A DNA stretch of 60,567 nt from an uncultured virus (IMG/VR IMGVR_UViG_3300043772_002095) (taxonomy: Duplodnaviria > Heunggongvirae > Uroviricota > Caudoviricetes). Within the stretch, counting starts at the first letter, position 1, and every line of letters begins with the position of its first letter. Both the position numbers and the translations under genes were made by a program. Location: the IMG/VR virus record IMGVR_UViG_3300043772_002095; one strand, 5' to 3'. Under the pieces are notes generated by a model, which did not search any database, was not told the DNA's origin, and saw only the letters and a program-made list of their open reading frames with translations. Of the stretch, positions 48,437-58,657 are shown piece after piece.

Positions 48437-48877
48437 ATGAACGAGAATATTAAAAAGAAACTATTTGAAGAAGTTAAAAAAAGAGGATTAGTTGTTGAAC
48501 AAAAAAGCGGAACTTCTGATTTTACAGAGATGATATCTTTGATATTACATTCAAGAACTCAAATACATATATTACACCTACAAACAAAATCATTTGCGGA
48601 GCATAAAGCTCTTAACGAATATTACGATGAGATTGGAGACCTTGTTGATGGTCTTGTTGAATCGTATCAAGGTAAATATGAATTGTTAAAAGGTTATAAG
48701 TCATATGATATTATGAACTATAAGACACCTGAGATGACCATTAAATATTTACAGGATTTATGTTCAAAAGTAGAATCTTTAAGAAAATGTTGCGATGATT
48801 CCTACATACAAAATCAAATTGATAATGTGTGTCAGTTAATCAATTCGACATTATATAAATTAAGGTTTTTGAATTAA
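48437..48877 (+). CDS. Ferritin/Dps-like protein (DUF5856-like)
   Basis: 'HILHLQTKSFAEHKALNEYYD...DGLVESYQG', 'TLYKLRFL'. Confidence 0.75.
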   Translation: MNENIKKKLFEEVKKRGLVVEQKSGTSDFTEMISLILHSRTQIHILHLQTKSFAEHKALNEYYDEIGDLVDGLVESYQGKYELLKGYKSYDIMNYKTPEMTIKYLQDLCSKVESLRKCCDDSYIQNQIDNVCQLINSTLYKLRFLN

Positions 48878-49536
48878 AACTCAACGTAAAATACTTGACC
48901 ATTACTTTCTGTCGATTCCGTGTTCTCATTAAAATTTAATGTTACTGACATATCTTGAGTATCAAAAACAAATTCACCATAAGAACCCTCATTAATTTCC
49001 CAACCCCCGTAAAATTCACTTAACCAATTATACAGAAAATCTTCAACACCTCTAGGTATTCCATAAGATTCGACTTCACCACTATCTCCACCGCCATTAA
49101 AATAAATTTCTTTTGTAACCTCACCCGAATTTTTAAGTTCATTTAAAAATTCAATAACTGAAGGATAATTTTCAGATAATTGTTCTTCCTCAAATCTAGC
49201 ACCCATAGGATTAGATGATATAACATAACTATATCCAACAACTTTTAAGTTTCTTTCATTACAATCAAAATTAAAACTTAAATATCCTCTTTCTGTAGAA
49301 TCGTCATAAGCGTAATCGGATAAATCGTTTTCATCAATAATTCTTTGAATTAAATCGTTAATTGCATCATACATTTCAACTTTACTAGGTCCGTTTGATT
49401 CATAAGCATAAGCGTCAATATCAGAATCACCTCCACCGTAAAACTGAACTTGAACTTCCGCCTCATCAATACCATATGATTTACACATATATGCGAATAA
49501 TTTTAACGTTTTTAAATCTTCTTTACTTAGTTCCAT
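48874..49536 (-). CDS. DUF6878-like acidic protein with internal duplication
   Basis: Two 'F(Y/N)GGGDS' motifs; 'GWEINEGSYG'. Confidence 0.6.
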   Translation of the reverse strand: MELSKEDLKTLKLFAYMCKSYGIDEAEVQVQFYGGGDSDIDAYAYESNGPSKVEMYDAINDLIQRIIDENDLSDYAYDDSTERGYLSFNFDCNERNLKVVGYSYVISSNPMGARFEEEQLSENYPSVIEFLNELKNSGEVTKEIYFNGGGDSGEVESYGIPRGVEDFLYNWLSEFYGGWEINEGSYGEFVFDTQDMSVTLNFNENTESTESNGQVFYVEF

Positions 49537-49565
49537 ACTTAATAAATATTACAAATATAAAAAAA

Positions 49566-49913
49566 TTAATCAATTCCAATATCCATTGTTCTTATAATCC
49601 ACATAGGTCTTTGATTAGCCCGTAACGTATCAAAAAATTCTTTTGATGTTGGAATATGGTTATAGAGATCTTCTCTTACGTGTTGTTCTCCAATATATCT
49701 AGTGTACACTATTTTACCATCACTATTTTCAAAACTAGGACCAAAGAACTTCTCACATAAGAATATACCTTCAGAATGATGTAAAAATACTCTATGGTCG
49801 GTATTAGGTATCCATGCCTTTGTTTGGTCAAACCATTCGTGAATATGGATATAATCTTCCCATTTTCCACCGAATTTTTTTGCTGATGATTTTGCGTGTA
49901 TAATCGGGTGCAT
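49566..49913 (-). CDS. DUF6915-like His-rich protein (start revised, MHPII)
   Basis: 'HPIIHAKSSAKKFGG..EDY..IHEWFD.TK', 'HHSEG', 'IGEQHVRED'. Confidence 0.7.
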   Translation of the reverse strand: MHPIIHAKSSAKKFGGKWEDYIHIHEWFDQTKAWIPNTDHRVFLHHSEGIFLCEKFFGPSFENSDGKIVYTRYIGEQHVREDLYNHIPTSKEFFDTLRANQRPMWIIRTMDIGID

Positions 49914-49971
49914 AACTTTTTTTACAAATTTAAATATAAAAAAATAGATTATCAATTATATTTATTATCGT

Positions 49972-50343
49972 ATGAATGTTGAGAACGTTGAAAAAGTTGT
50001 ATTTAAATTCGTTGAGTTAATATCCAAAGAACCGTATGAAGATTGGATTTATAATACTTATGATGATGAAAGTATTCATTTTAAAATACATTTCTCACCT
50101 CTGAAGGTATCGTTAAAAGAAACTAGTTTACAATCAAGAATCGACCAAATTCCTTGCATATATAAAGGAACTATTCATTTAAAAATAAATAAATTGTCTG
50201 CAAATTTTGATAATGAATGGCAAGATTTTTATTATAAAGATGATTTACCTGAATATGGTTGGGATAAACTTTATGAGTATATTGATAGTGAACTTTTCAT
50301 TCATATACCTGATGTTTGTGTTAATATAGAGGCTAATTTTTAG
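49972..50343 (+). CDS. Hypothetical protein
   Basis: ATATTTAT at 49958-49965. Confidence 0.65.
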   Translation: MNVENVEKVVFKFVELISKEPYEDWIYNTYDDESIHFKIHFSPLKVSLKETSLQSRIDQIPCIYKGTIHLKINKLSANFDNEWQDFYYKDDLPEYGWDKLYEYIDSELFIHIPDVCVNIEANF

Positions 50344-50346
50344 ACT

Positions 50347-51039
50347 TTAATAAGTCAATCTACTACCTTTAAAAAAGTATATCGGACGAATTCTAGTGTA
50401 TGATGTTTCCATATCAAATACACGTTTGTCACCACTAATTAAATTTAAAATATTATGAGAAAAATCATCTTCTAAATCAAAAATATAACCATCGTCTATG
50501 AGTTTATTGATTATGTTAGAGATTTTTTCTTCATCATCTATAATTTCATCAGTTAAGTTATCTGTGGCATTTTTTAAAAAAACGTCTAACGATAAAACTA
50601 AATCATTACCCTCCGAAAATAAATCAATTACTTTAACCTTACAATCAGAATAAAACCCTGGTGATTTATTAATGGCGGGAAACTCAATATTTTTTATTTT
50701 AGAAGCTTCTTTATTTAACTCTTCAAAAAACTCATTAGTAATTTCATCTCCAAAATTAAAATAACAATAACTTGAAATTTTTCTAACTAACTCATTATAA
50801 CTAAGGTTTGATTCACCTAATAAAGCGTGGTATTCTAATAAAGAATCATATATGAAATTTGATGCGGCATAATTAGTAAAAGATAAATTTTTAGGATTTT
50901 CAACATTCCACACCATACCTTGATTATCGGTAATAGTTGGGATTAGTTTTACACCATAAAAATCTAACTCACCATTTATATATTTGTCAATATAGATTTT
51001 AAGCATTTTGTTACTTAGCGCACCACTTCTAAAACTCAT
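50347..51039 (-). CDS. Hypothetical protein
   Basis: 230 aa; ATATTTAT motif upstream (51046-51053). Confidence 0.7.
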   Translation of the reverse strand: MSFRSGALSNKMLKIYIDKYINGELDFYGVKLIPTITDNQGMVWNVENPKNLSFTNYAASNFIYDSLLEYHALLGESNLSYNELVRKISSYCYFNFGDEITNEFFEELNKEASKIKNIEFPAINKSPGFYSDCKVKVIDLFSEGNDLVLSLDVFLKNATDNLTDEIIDDEEKISNIINKLIDDGYIFDLEDDFSHNILNLISGDKRVFDMETSYTRIRPIYFFKGSRLTY

Positions 51040-51097
51040 ATCATTATAAATATTTTGTAAATCAAAATAAATTTAGTATCTTTGTATTATAAATAAA

Positions 51098-51331
51098 GTG
51101 AGTATGATAGTTGTAACATTTAACACAAAACTAAAAAATTTGGCAATCTATGCAAATTTAGAAACAACAACAAGATTAGTTTTTTACGAAAACGTACCGA
51201 CAGTACAATCAAGTCCCGAAGGTTATTACTTGGTATTACAAGATGTTCCCCATTCTAATGGTGAAAGTACGGTCAGAGTCCCCGTATTGAGACTCCCAAT
51301 CGCTAACACAATAATGAGAATTGTTAATTAA
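51098..51331 (+). CDS. Small hypothetical protein
   Basis: Follows promoter 51077. Confidence 0.6.
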   Translation: MSMIVVTFNTKLKNLAIYANLETTTRLVFYENVPTVQSSPEGYYLVLQDVPHSNGESTVRVPVLRLPIANTIMRIVN

Positions 51332-51336
51332 AAATT

Positions 51337-51522
51337 ATGATAGAATATATTGGTAATAACTACGTGGTAGTTAAAATTAACTTAGATAATGAGACCTTAA
51401 TAGGTCCGAGAGAAATTAGAACTTATGGAATAATAGTTTCAGAAACCGAACATAGTTTTCTTATTAGTTATTATAGTCCATTACCTCCAAATAACCTAAT
51501 AACACAAATTTTTGCTAAATAA
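51337..51522 (+). CDS. Small hypothetical protein
   Basis: 61-aa ORF. Confidence 0.55.
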   Translation: MIEYIGNNYVVVKINLDNETLIGPREIRTYGIIVSETEHSFLISYYSPLPPNNLITQIFAK

Positions 51523-51547
51523 TACCCTTGTAAGATATTTATTTGTT

Positions 51548-52567
51548 ATGAGTGAAAAATTTAAAAAAGTAGTTCAAATGTTTAATGATGGTGAGTGGGA
51601 TGAAACCCTACAACCTCATTTTGAAACAATTGAAAATTTTCTTAATATTATTGATAATGCAGGGTTAACGGAAATGATTGACCCATTTTCATATGACTTA
51701 GAGGACGTTCAAAACGAAATTTTATATAATTTATTACAAACACCAAAAAAACAAGAAATATTAAATAAGATTATTGAAAAATATTTATCCGACATCTCAA
51801 TTGAAAATGGTAAGATAATGTGTGATTTTAGAAGTAAGTCCGATTTATCTGAATTTTTTGATTCTGGTAGAAGTAGAGATTATGACTATGAGGCAATAGT
51901 TAAAAAACGAATTGATGGTGATTATGGTGATTATGATTTTTGGGACACAACCGATAATGTATATAGAGATGTTATTGAAGAATTAAATCCTGAAAATTTA
52001 AATTATTTAAAAGGGTTGATTTTAAAAAAATTGAACGGAGTACAAGTAGAATTGGATGGTAGAAGTTCTGATTGGATGGAAGAGGAGGCTCAAAGACAAG
52101 GACACGAAGAATATATTATAATAGACAATTCAAATATTGATAATGTATTAAAAGATGAAGATACGATGCTTTGGTTATTTAAAAATGATTTGGATGATAT
52201 TGAATCGGAGTTAAATAGTATTCATAGAAATGCTTATGAGTCTGCTTATAGTGATGAGGTTTATAATAATATTGTAAGTGAACTAAACGAATATTTTGTT
52301 TGGAATAATAAAGATGAATATAAATACGGAGATAAATATAGGTTTAAAATTGAAGTAAGACCTAAAACACTTGAAAATGCAATTATAGATTATTTATATA
52401 ATAATATCGGTTATAGTGAGAACTTAGGTTATCACGGAAATTTTGAAAGTTTATTTAAAACTTACCTTAAAGAAGGTGACGGACTTTTAACTTTTAGAGT
52501 TCCTGACTATCCAGACTCAAGGGAAGTCGATAAAATGGTAAACGAATATTTCGGAGACTACCTTTAA
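51548..52567 (+). CDS. Acidic hypothetical protein (start revised, MSEKF)
   Basis: ATATTTAT at 51535-51542, then ATG at 51548. Confidence 0.75.
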   Translation: MSEKFKKVVQMFNDGEWDETLQPHFETIENFLNIIDNAGLTEMIDPFSYDLEDVQNEILYNLLQTPKKQEILNKIIEKYLSDISIENGKIMCDFRSKSDLSEFFDSGRSRDYDYEAIVKKRIDGDYGDYDFWDTTDNVYRDVIEELNPENLNYLKGLILKKLNGVQVELDGRSSDWMEEEAQRQGHEEYIIIDNSNIDNVLKDEDTMLWLFKNDLDDIESELNSIHRNAYESAYSDEVYNNIVSELNEYFVWNNKDEYKYGDKYRFKIEVRPKTLENAIIDYLYNNIGYSENLGYHGNFESLFKTYLKEGDGLLTFRVPDYPDSREVDKMVNEYFGDYL

Positions 52568-52610
52568 AATTTGGTAAAATTAAATTTTTTTCCTACCTTT
52601 GTAATTCAAA

Positions 52611-53111
52611 ATGAAGTTAAAAAAACACTATAAAGATTACTTAAAACAAAATCCTAACACTAAAATAAGTGCTAAGGATTGGAAGAATTGGTTTGGAAAA
52701 AGAATTAAATTTAATATTATGAAGTTGGAGGAGAAAATTAAAAAAGAGAATTATTTAAAATCAAAAGGTTGGACAACATTTTCAGGAGAGGATAATTGGA
52801 TTGATACAAACAAAGAATATCGTAACCCAAAGTGGGTTGGAATGGATTTAGAAACGGCGTATCTTTACGTTAAAGAAAATGAACATTTGTATGAGAATGT
52901 TTTCGTATTAATTGGTAAAGTTTTGGTACCGAATAGATGGGACGATAAAGGTAATTTAATTGAAGGTGAAGTAATACAGAAAATTAAATCAACAACTATG
53001 GATGGAGTGTTTTACGAACAATTTATGGTTAAAACCCCAAAAGGAACTGGAAATTTTTATACCCACGAAGTTAAAGGATTAGAAACTAACGAAAAATTTA
53101 TTTACAATTAA
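52611..53111 (+). CDS. Hypothetical protein
   Basis: Follows promoter 52594. Confidence 0.65.
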   Translation: MKLKKHYKDYLKQNPNTKISAKDWKNWFGKRIKFNIMKLEEKIKKENYLKSKGWTTFSGEDNWIDTNKEYRNPKWVGMDLETAYLYVKENEHLYENVFVLIGKVLVPNRWDDKGNLIEGEVIQKIKSTTMDGVFYEQFMVKTPKGTGNFYTHEVKGLETNEKFIYN

Positions 53112-53113
53112 AT

Positions 53114-53275
53114 ATGACAACTAATTTAGGAGAATTAAGAATGAGCGAAGTAATTCCCCAATTAAAATTAATCGCAAAACAATATGATTTAAAATTAAAC
53201 AGAGTTGATGATTTTAAATGGGCGAAACTATTATTAATAAATTTATATCTATCACAAGAATTATGGAATATATAA
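53114..53275 (+). CDS. 53-aa hypothetical protein (not in ORF track)
   Basis: MTTNLGELRMSEVIPQLKLIAKQYDLKLNRVDDFKWAK... Confidence 0.55.
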   Translation: MTTNLGELRMSEVIPQLKLIAKQYDLKLNRVDDFKWAKLLLINLYLSQELWNI

Positions 53276-53496
53276 AGTATCTTTTAAAAAATAAAACTAG
53301 GTTATTGTTTGTGTTATTTGTTAATTTATTCACATTACCACTTTTAATTTTTCTTTTTTCAAATTACGAATATGTGGTTGATGAAAGTTCAGAATTTGTG
53401 TTTTTTGTTTTAACAATATTAACAATTTTAACATTTATTTTAGGAAATTATCAACCTTATAAAGAATGGAAAGATGGACTTAATCGTAAGCCTTAG
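53263..53496 (+). CDS. Small membrane protein (start revised, MEYIK)
   Basis: Two hydrophobic segments. Confidence 0.6.
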   Translation: MEYIKYLLKNKTRLLFVLFVNLFTLPLLIFLFSNYEYVVDESSEFVFFVLTILTILTFILGNYQPYKEWKDGLNRKP

Positions 53497-53863
53497 TTTT
53501 TTTATTTTAGCTTCCGTTTGTAATTCCATTATGGATACTTCCGCACACCATTTTAGTACATCAATATTTAAAAAACTAAATCCAATGTGGTGGAATGCTG
53601 AAATATCTTGGAAGAACAAATATGTTAATGGTGATCCTTCATTAGGGTTTAGAAAAATATGGAAAAATATTAACTATCCGGTACAATTAACAGATTGTTG
53701 GCATTTGTTTAAAACATTAATGATTATATTTTTAACCATTTCTGTTGTTACATTTAATAGTGAGTTAATTTTGAAACCATATTATTATATCATATATGTT
53801 GGATTATATGGTACTATTTGGAACATAACATTTAGTTTATTTTATAATAAAATTTTAAGATGA
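53474..53863 (+). CDS. Membrane protein
   Basis: 'SWKNKY', 'TDCWHLFK', TM segments. Confidence 0.7.
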   Translation: MDLIVSLSFFILASVCNSIMDTSAHHFSTSIFKKLNPMWWNAEISWKNKYVNGDPSLGFRKIWKNINYPVQLTDCWHLFKTLMIIFLTISVVTFNSELILKPYYYIIYVGLYGTIWNITFSLFYNKILR

Positions 53864-53962
53864 AAGAAGACAACACCATCACAATTAATAATGATGAATT
53901 TGAACACATTTGGTTTTTTGTAACCGAAAAAGATAAATTACCTGAAGAAAATATTTACACTT

Positions 53963-54481
53963 ATGAGCATCAAATTAGCGAATAGACTATTAGATAATTT
54001 CGAAGAAAACGGAGTAATTGACACCGCGAAGTTGTTTGGAGGTATAGAAGAACTTGAAAAGTTTATTGATAGTAATTTAAACAAACATCCTGAATTAAAG
54101 AAAATTTTTAATGAGGGTATTACAGGTGAATGGACAATTGCTGCCGGTAGAAGAGGTACTTTCCATATTCCTTTTAAAATAATACACGCCATTGCGGATG
54201 ATGGTAATCTAACATTAATTGTTGATATTAAATTAAATTTAGATAGAATCTCAAAAGGAGATAAACTCCAATTAGAGACTTGGTTAATGGCACTTGCTTT
54301 AGATTTAACGGGTGATATCTATCTTAACAGGGCTGACTATGAAATGGTTAAAATGCCAAAAATGATAGACATTGATAGTTTTAATGGTATCAAACCAACA
54401 CAACAACAAAGACATTACGCCGAAAATTTTGACGTAATTAAAGATTCTGAAGCTTTTAATCTTTTAAATAAGGTTATTTAA
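53963..54481 (+). CDS. Hypothetical protein
   Basis: 172 aa; ATATTTAC variant motif upstream. Confidence 0.65.
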   Translation: MSIKLANRLLDNFEENGVIDTAKLFGGIEELEKFIDSNLNKHPELKKIFNEGITGEWTIAAGRRGTFHIPFKIIHAIADDGNLTLIVDIKLNLDRISKGDKLQLETWLMALALDLTGDIYLNRADYEMVKMPKMIDIDSFNGIKPTQQQRHYAENFDVIKDSEAFNLLNKVI

Positions 54482-54503
54482 TTTTTTTTTGTATCTTTGT
54501 AAT

Positions 54504-55775
54504 GTGATAACAGAGAAACTAAAAAATATACCACAATTTCCTGGATGTTATTTATTCAAAGATGACAAAGACCAAATAATCTATGTTGGTATGTCAAAAT
54601 TCTTACCAAAAAGAGTTACATCCTATTTCCAAAAAAATCACGATAATCAAAAAACAAAATACCTTGTTGAACAAATTAAAGATGTTGATTTTGTTATAAC
54701 TTCTTCAGAACAAGAAGCAATTCTAATGGAAGAAGAACTTATTAAAGTTTACAAACCAAAGTTTAACATAAAAGGTAAAGATGATAAAACAAGAAAGTGG
54801 TCAATCTGTATAACAGATGAAAGATTTCCAAAACTTGAAATTGTTAGAAACAATACAGATAATAGAGATAGTTTAGATTTCACAAGTGGACTTCTTTGTA
54901 GAGAGGTTTATAACCTAATACACGACATTATAGACCTGAGAAGCTGTTCGTATGACCTTACCCAAGAAAACATTGATAAAGGTAAATTCAAAATTTGTTT
55001 AGAGTATCAAATGATGAGATGTTCAGGTCCTTGCGTAAACAAAATTACCGAGATAATATATCAATCAAAAATCCAATTGGTTAAAAAAATATTTGAATTG
55101 GATTTGAAATATGTTGAGAACAAATTGAAAAAACTTGTTAAGTATCATTCAGACAAATTGGAGTTTGAAATTGCGGGAAACTTACACTCAAAGGTAGAAA
55201 TGATTAAAGAACTTGAAAGTAAAGTTGAAACAATTAGAATCAGAAAATCAAATAAAAATGCTTTTGAACTTAAAAAGTTACTTAACCTTAACAACGTACC
55301 ATTAATCATTGAAGGTTTTGATAATTCACATAATCAGGGAGATTCTAATGTTGCCGCATCAGTTAGGTTTATAAATGAAATACCGAACAAGAATGATTAT
55401 AGAAAATATAATATAAAATCTTTTCAGGGTATTGATGACTATGCGTCTTTTGATGAGATTCTTAACAGAAGATTTGGTAAACTAATAAAAGAAAAACAAC
55501 AACTACCTAATCTTGTTTTGATTGATGGAGGTAAAGGACAATTGAATGTTGCAATAAAAGTATTTGAACGATTAGGTATTCTAAACAAAGTTGACTTGAT
55601 ATCCGTATCTAAAGATAGTAATCATAAATCATCTATAATACATACAATAGATGGTAAAACCCATTCAATATTAAGTAATACTACATTTACTATATTGGGT
55701 AAAGTTCAAGAAGAAGTTCACAGATTTGTGATTAATTTTCACAGACAAAAACAAAGTAAGAAATTACTTAACTAA
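54504..55775 (+). CDS. uvrC: UvrC-like excinuclease (GIY-YIG + UVR + RNase H-like, no HhH); GTG start
   Basis: 'PGCYLF...IIYVG', 'KPKFN', 'CLEYQMMRCSGPC', 'LEFEIA', 'IEGFDNSH', 'DDYA', 'LIDGGKGQL', 'EVHRF'. Confidence 0.88.
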   Translation: MITEKLKNIPQFPGCYLFKDDKDQIIYVGMSKFLPKRVTSYFQKNHDNQKTKYLVEQIKDVDFVITSSEQEAILMEEELIKVYKPKFNIKGKDDKTRKWSICITDERFPKLEIVRNNTDNRDSLDFTSGLLCREVYNLIHDIIDLRSCSYDLTQENIDKGKFKICLEYQMMRCSGPCVNKITEIIYQSKIQLVKKIFELDLKYVENKLKKLVKYHSDKLEFEIAGNLHSKVEMIKELESKVETIRIRKSNKNAFELKKLLNLNNVPLIIEGFDNSHNQGDSNVAASVRFINEIPNKNDYRKYNIKSFQGIDDYASFDEILNRRFGKLIKEKQQLPNLVLIDGGKGQLNVAIKVFERLGILNKVDLISVSKDSNHKSSIIHTIDGKTHSILSNTTFTILGKVQEEVHRFVINFHRQKQSKKLLN

Positions 55776-55986
55776 AAGAATGAGTTCCATTAGTTAAACT
55801 TACTCCGTGTCTAAAACCGAAAATGAACTCATTTATTTCTTTTTCTGACATATTTTTAAGTAAATTACCTAAAATATAACCTACTTCATTTCCAATGTCG
55901 GAAACATCACCATTATTATATTCGATTTTAGTTAAATTTTCACCTAACTCTTTAATAACTTTGTTAAATTCTAAATCCTTATTCAT
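55768..55986 (-). CDS. Small hypothetical protein
   Basis: 72 aa, last gene of a minus-strand operon. Confidence 0.65.
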   Translation of the reverse strand: MNKDLEFNKVIKELGENLTKIEYNNGDVSDIGNEVGYILGNLLKNMSEKEINEFIFGFRHGVSLTNGTHSFS

Positions 55987-56296
55987 TTTCTTTTACGTTT
56001 ATATATTCTGATATATCGGGATCACCACCTAATTCGATAATCCAATTTTTAATTCTATTAGCGATTTCATATTCCTCTAATTTAATTAGAAGAACAATTC
56101 TTAATTTTAACAATCTAATATCTAAAGATTCGTTACCATTCATCTCAATTAAAAAATTAACTAAATCCTCTAATTCTTCAATACGACTATTAATATTTTT
56201 TAAATCAATTTCGTTTGAAAGTACCAAAAAAGAATTAATTTCATTTTCAAGTTGATTAATTCTATTGTAGATAATTTCTAAAACTTTCTCAAGCAT
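55979..56296 (-). CDS. Hypothetical protein with UVR-like motif
   Basis: 'IKLEEYEIANRIK'. Confidence 0.6.
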   Translation of the reverse strand: MLEKVLEIIYNRINQLENEINSFLVLSNEIDLKNINSRIEELEDLVNFLIEMNGNESLDIRLLKLRIVLLIKLEEYEIANRIKNWIIELGGDPDISEYINVKENE

Positions 56297-56805
56297 TATT
56301 TAATTTTTCTTAAAGAGGCTCTATCATAATTTACATCAGTAGTTTCACCATCGTAATAGTCGGTATCAGTTTCAGGATAATCATAATATGATACCACACC
56401 TTCACCTTCTGCGTAACGGAAAGTATCAAAAACCAATTTTTCATCATACGAAAATACATCCACTTTATGAGTTCTTCTAACATATTCGGTTCTGTGTTCA
56501 TCAACATCAAAAGTATATAAAAAACCTTGAGGTCTTTTTAATTTTGAGGTTGGTTTATCCGATGAAAAATCATAACCATCATTTAATAAAATTAACGATG
56601 AAATGTAATTAATATCTTCAATATTTCCATTGTGATTACCTAATAATTTTAATGATGAATCTAATGCTGAAATAAAATCACTATCTTCCATTGGAGGATT
56701 ATTATGGTTAAAATCAAACTCTGAACCAAATTCGTCCATAGTTTTTTTAAGTAAAATGTGAATTACTTTATCTGAGTAATTTTCTAATTCTGATCTGTCT
56801 TCCAT
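56296..56805 (-). CDS. Hypothetical protein
   Basis: ATATTTAT motif upstream (56810-56817). Confidence 0.7.
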   Translation of the reverse strand: MEDRSELENYSDKVIHILLKKTMDEFGSEFDFNHNNPPMEDSDFISALDSSLKLLGNHNGNIEDINYISSLILLNDGYDFSSDKPTSKLKRPQGFLYTFDVDEHRTEYVRRTHKVDVFSYDEKLVFDTFRYAEGEGVVSYYDYPETDTDYYDGETTDVNYDRASLRKIK

Positions 56806-56818
56806 ACCTATAAATATA

Positions 56819-57205
56819 TTAATTATTATTTAAATAATCCAAAATGAAATCCAAATTTGAAGAAATTGACTTGCCTCTTAAATCCATAATTTGTTTATAT
56901 GAGAAAAAATCAAATTCAGAATGTTCTTCAGATAATTTAATATCGTTAGAATCAATATCGTCCTTCAAATAAAAAACATTAAGTTCTTTTTTACCTTTCA
57001 TATATTTTTTTAAAAAATGATAATTTTTGGATTTTATGTTAATACCCAATTCTTCTTTTATTTCTCTAACCAAACCTTGTTTTGGAGTTTCACCCGTGGT
57101 TAAGTGACCACCTGGCAAACCCCATTTACCGTCATCAGTTTTTTTAAGTAATAAAAACTTATTTTTTCTATCGAGAATTAATAATGAAACTACATTAATA
57201 TCCAT
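56819..57205 (-). CDS. NUDIX hydrolase
   Basis: Nudix box 'GGHLTTGETPKQGLVREIKEELG'; 'LSEEH'. Confidence 0.9.
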   Translation of the reverse strand: MDINVVSLLILDRKNKFLLLKKTDDGKWGLPGGHLTTGETPKQGLVREIKEELGINIKSKNYHFLKKYMKGKKELNVFYLKDDIDSNDIKLSEEHSEFDFFSYKQIMDLRGKSISSNLDFILDYLNNN

Positions 57206-57238
57206 AAATTGTTTTTGTTTTAGAATATTTCATAATCA

Positions 57239-57250
57239 ATAAATATTTAT
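57239..57250. promoter_or_regulatory. Palindromic double ATATTTAT motif between divergent genes
   Basis: ATAAATATTTAT supplies one motif copy per strand. Confidence 0.55.
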
Positions 57251-57255
57251 CATTA

Positions 57256-57645
57256 ATGAATTTAAGACAAACTATAAAGAAAATAATAAAAGAAGAAATA
57301 ACTAATAGGAGTCGTAAAATAGAAATGATTCAACACGTAGTTGATGAAGCTATCGATACTTTAAAATATATGTGTGAAAATCTTAATACTGAAGATGATG
57401 AATATGTTAGTTATAGTACTTGTGAGTTAGTAGATTCAGGTTTAAATGTTGAAGTTACTGACGTTAAAAAACATAACGAAAGTTTTATAATTGTTGTTGT
57501 AATTAAATATAATAATTATAGTTTTATCGATACGGATTTTTTACTTATTGAGCTTAGAAATGAGGTTAAAAAATTTGTACCTGTGATAAAAATAGAATCG
57601 GAAGATAGTATAAATACATTCCCTGAAGAAAAAAGACAATGGTAA
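57256..57645 (+). CDS. Hypothetical protein
   Basis: N-terminal 'LRQTIKKIIKEE'. Confidence 0.7.
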   Translation: MNLRQTIKKIIKEEITNRSRKIEMIQHVVDEAIDTLKYMCENLNTEDDEYVSYSTCELVDSGLNVEVTDVKKHNESFIIVVVIKYNNYSFIDTDFLLIELRNEVKKFVPVIKIESEDSINTFPEEKRQW

Positions 57646-57646
57646 T

Positions 57647-58060
57647 ATGAAATTAGACGGACACGAATTAAGAATGTTTAATTTAATATTAAACAAAGTA
57701 CTTAAACAACAATACGATTGGTTTGTCAGAATTGATGTTAGTTCCGCAGGGTTTAATGGTCATTATATAACTATGGAAGGTGAAATATTTGTTTATGAAG
57801 ACTGGGGTTATAAACAATGGAAAGAATATCATTATGGTGATCCACCTGACTTTGAAAATGGGGAAGATTTCGGTGATATTATCGGAGGTCTATTAGCGGA
57901 AGAATTAAGAGAAATATTTATTGATACTTTCAAAAGTATATACGGTTTTGTTAACACAATGTATTTAACTTTTTCAGGTATGAATGTTCGATTAGTAGAA
58001 GAAGAACAAATAGATGAAAGTGTTAATTTAATTAAAAAATTGACTAAGATATTAAAGTAG
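57647..58060 (+). CDS. Hypothetical protein
   Basis: 137-aa ORF. Confidence 0.7.
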   Translation: MKLDGHELRMFNLILNKVLKQQYDWFVRIDVSSAGFNGHYITMEGEIFVYEDWGYKQWKEYHYGDPPDFENGEDFGDIIGGLLAEELREIFIDTFKSIYGFVNTMYLTFSGMNVRLVEEEQIDESVNLIKKLTKILK

Positions 58061-58063
58061 AGT

Positions 58064-58657
58064 TTAAAACCCTAAAACATCTTTTCTATTTACGGTATCA
58101 ACAATATCTAAATAGAAGTCTTCAAGTTCTCTTTCACCCGACTCAATCATTTTAATAACTTCATTTTTCCTATATAATGTATTGTTAACGATAAAATCAA
58201 TCATTTCATCATCAGTAATTCCTTCGGGTTTTACAGGCTCGGGAATACATTGATGAATTCTATCAAGAGTACCAATTTCACTAATAAATAAACCCGATTC
58301 ACCAATAAGTTGTTCAAATTTCGGAACCATAATATCATCATACCACTCTTCAATAGAAGTAAGGACATATGATTTTCTAACACTAAATATTGATGATATT
58401 GTTTTAACCAATTCTTCATCAATAAAGACCATACCTTCATATATTTCATTATTTTCAAAGTAGTAAATGGCTGAAATTTCTTCCCTACCATTAATACACC
58501 AATCCTCACGAAGATTACCATAATTACGAGATTTTTTACCTATTTTTCTTTTACCGGTTGATATATAGTCATTTAGGTATTTGTATATCGAATTTTGTAT
58601 ATTAATAGAACTTTTTGCAAATTTCCTATATTGTGTTTCCGTAACAATAAATTTCAT
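58064..58657 (-). CDS. Hypothetical protein
   Basis: N-terminal 'MKFIVTETQY'; ATATTTAT motif upstream (58662-58669). Confidence 0.7.
   Translation of the reverse strand: MKFIVTETQYRKFAKSSINIQNSIYKYLNDYISTGKRKIGKKSRNYGNLREDWCINGREEISAIYYFENNEIYEGMVFIDEELVKTISSIFSVRKSYVLTSIEEWYDDIMVPKFEQLIGESGLFISEIGTLDRIHQCIPEPVKPEGITDDEMIDFIVNNTLYRKNEVIKMIESGERELEDFYLDIVDTVNRKDVLGF

Noticed and set aside
39989..54503. Shared 'MYLCI/MYLRI' N-termini as a protein family or signal
   Set aside because: These come from translating the promoter repeat from a TTG inside it; real starts are downstream.
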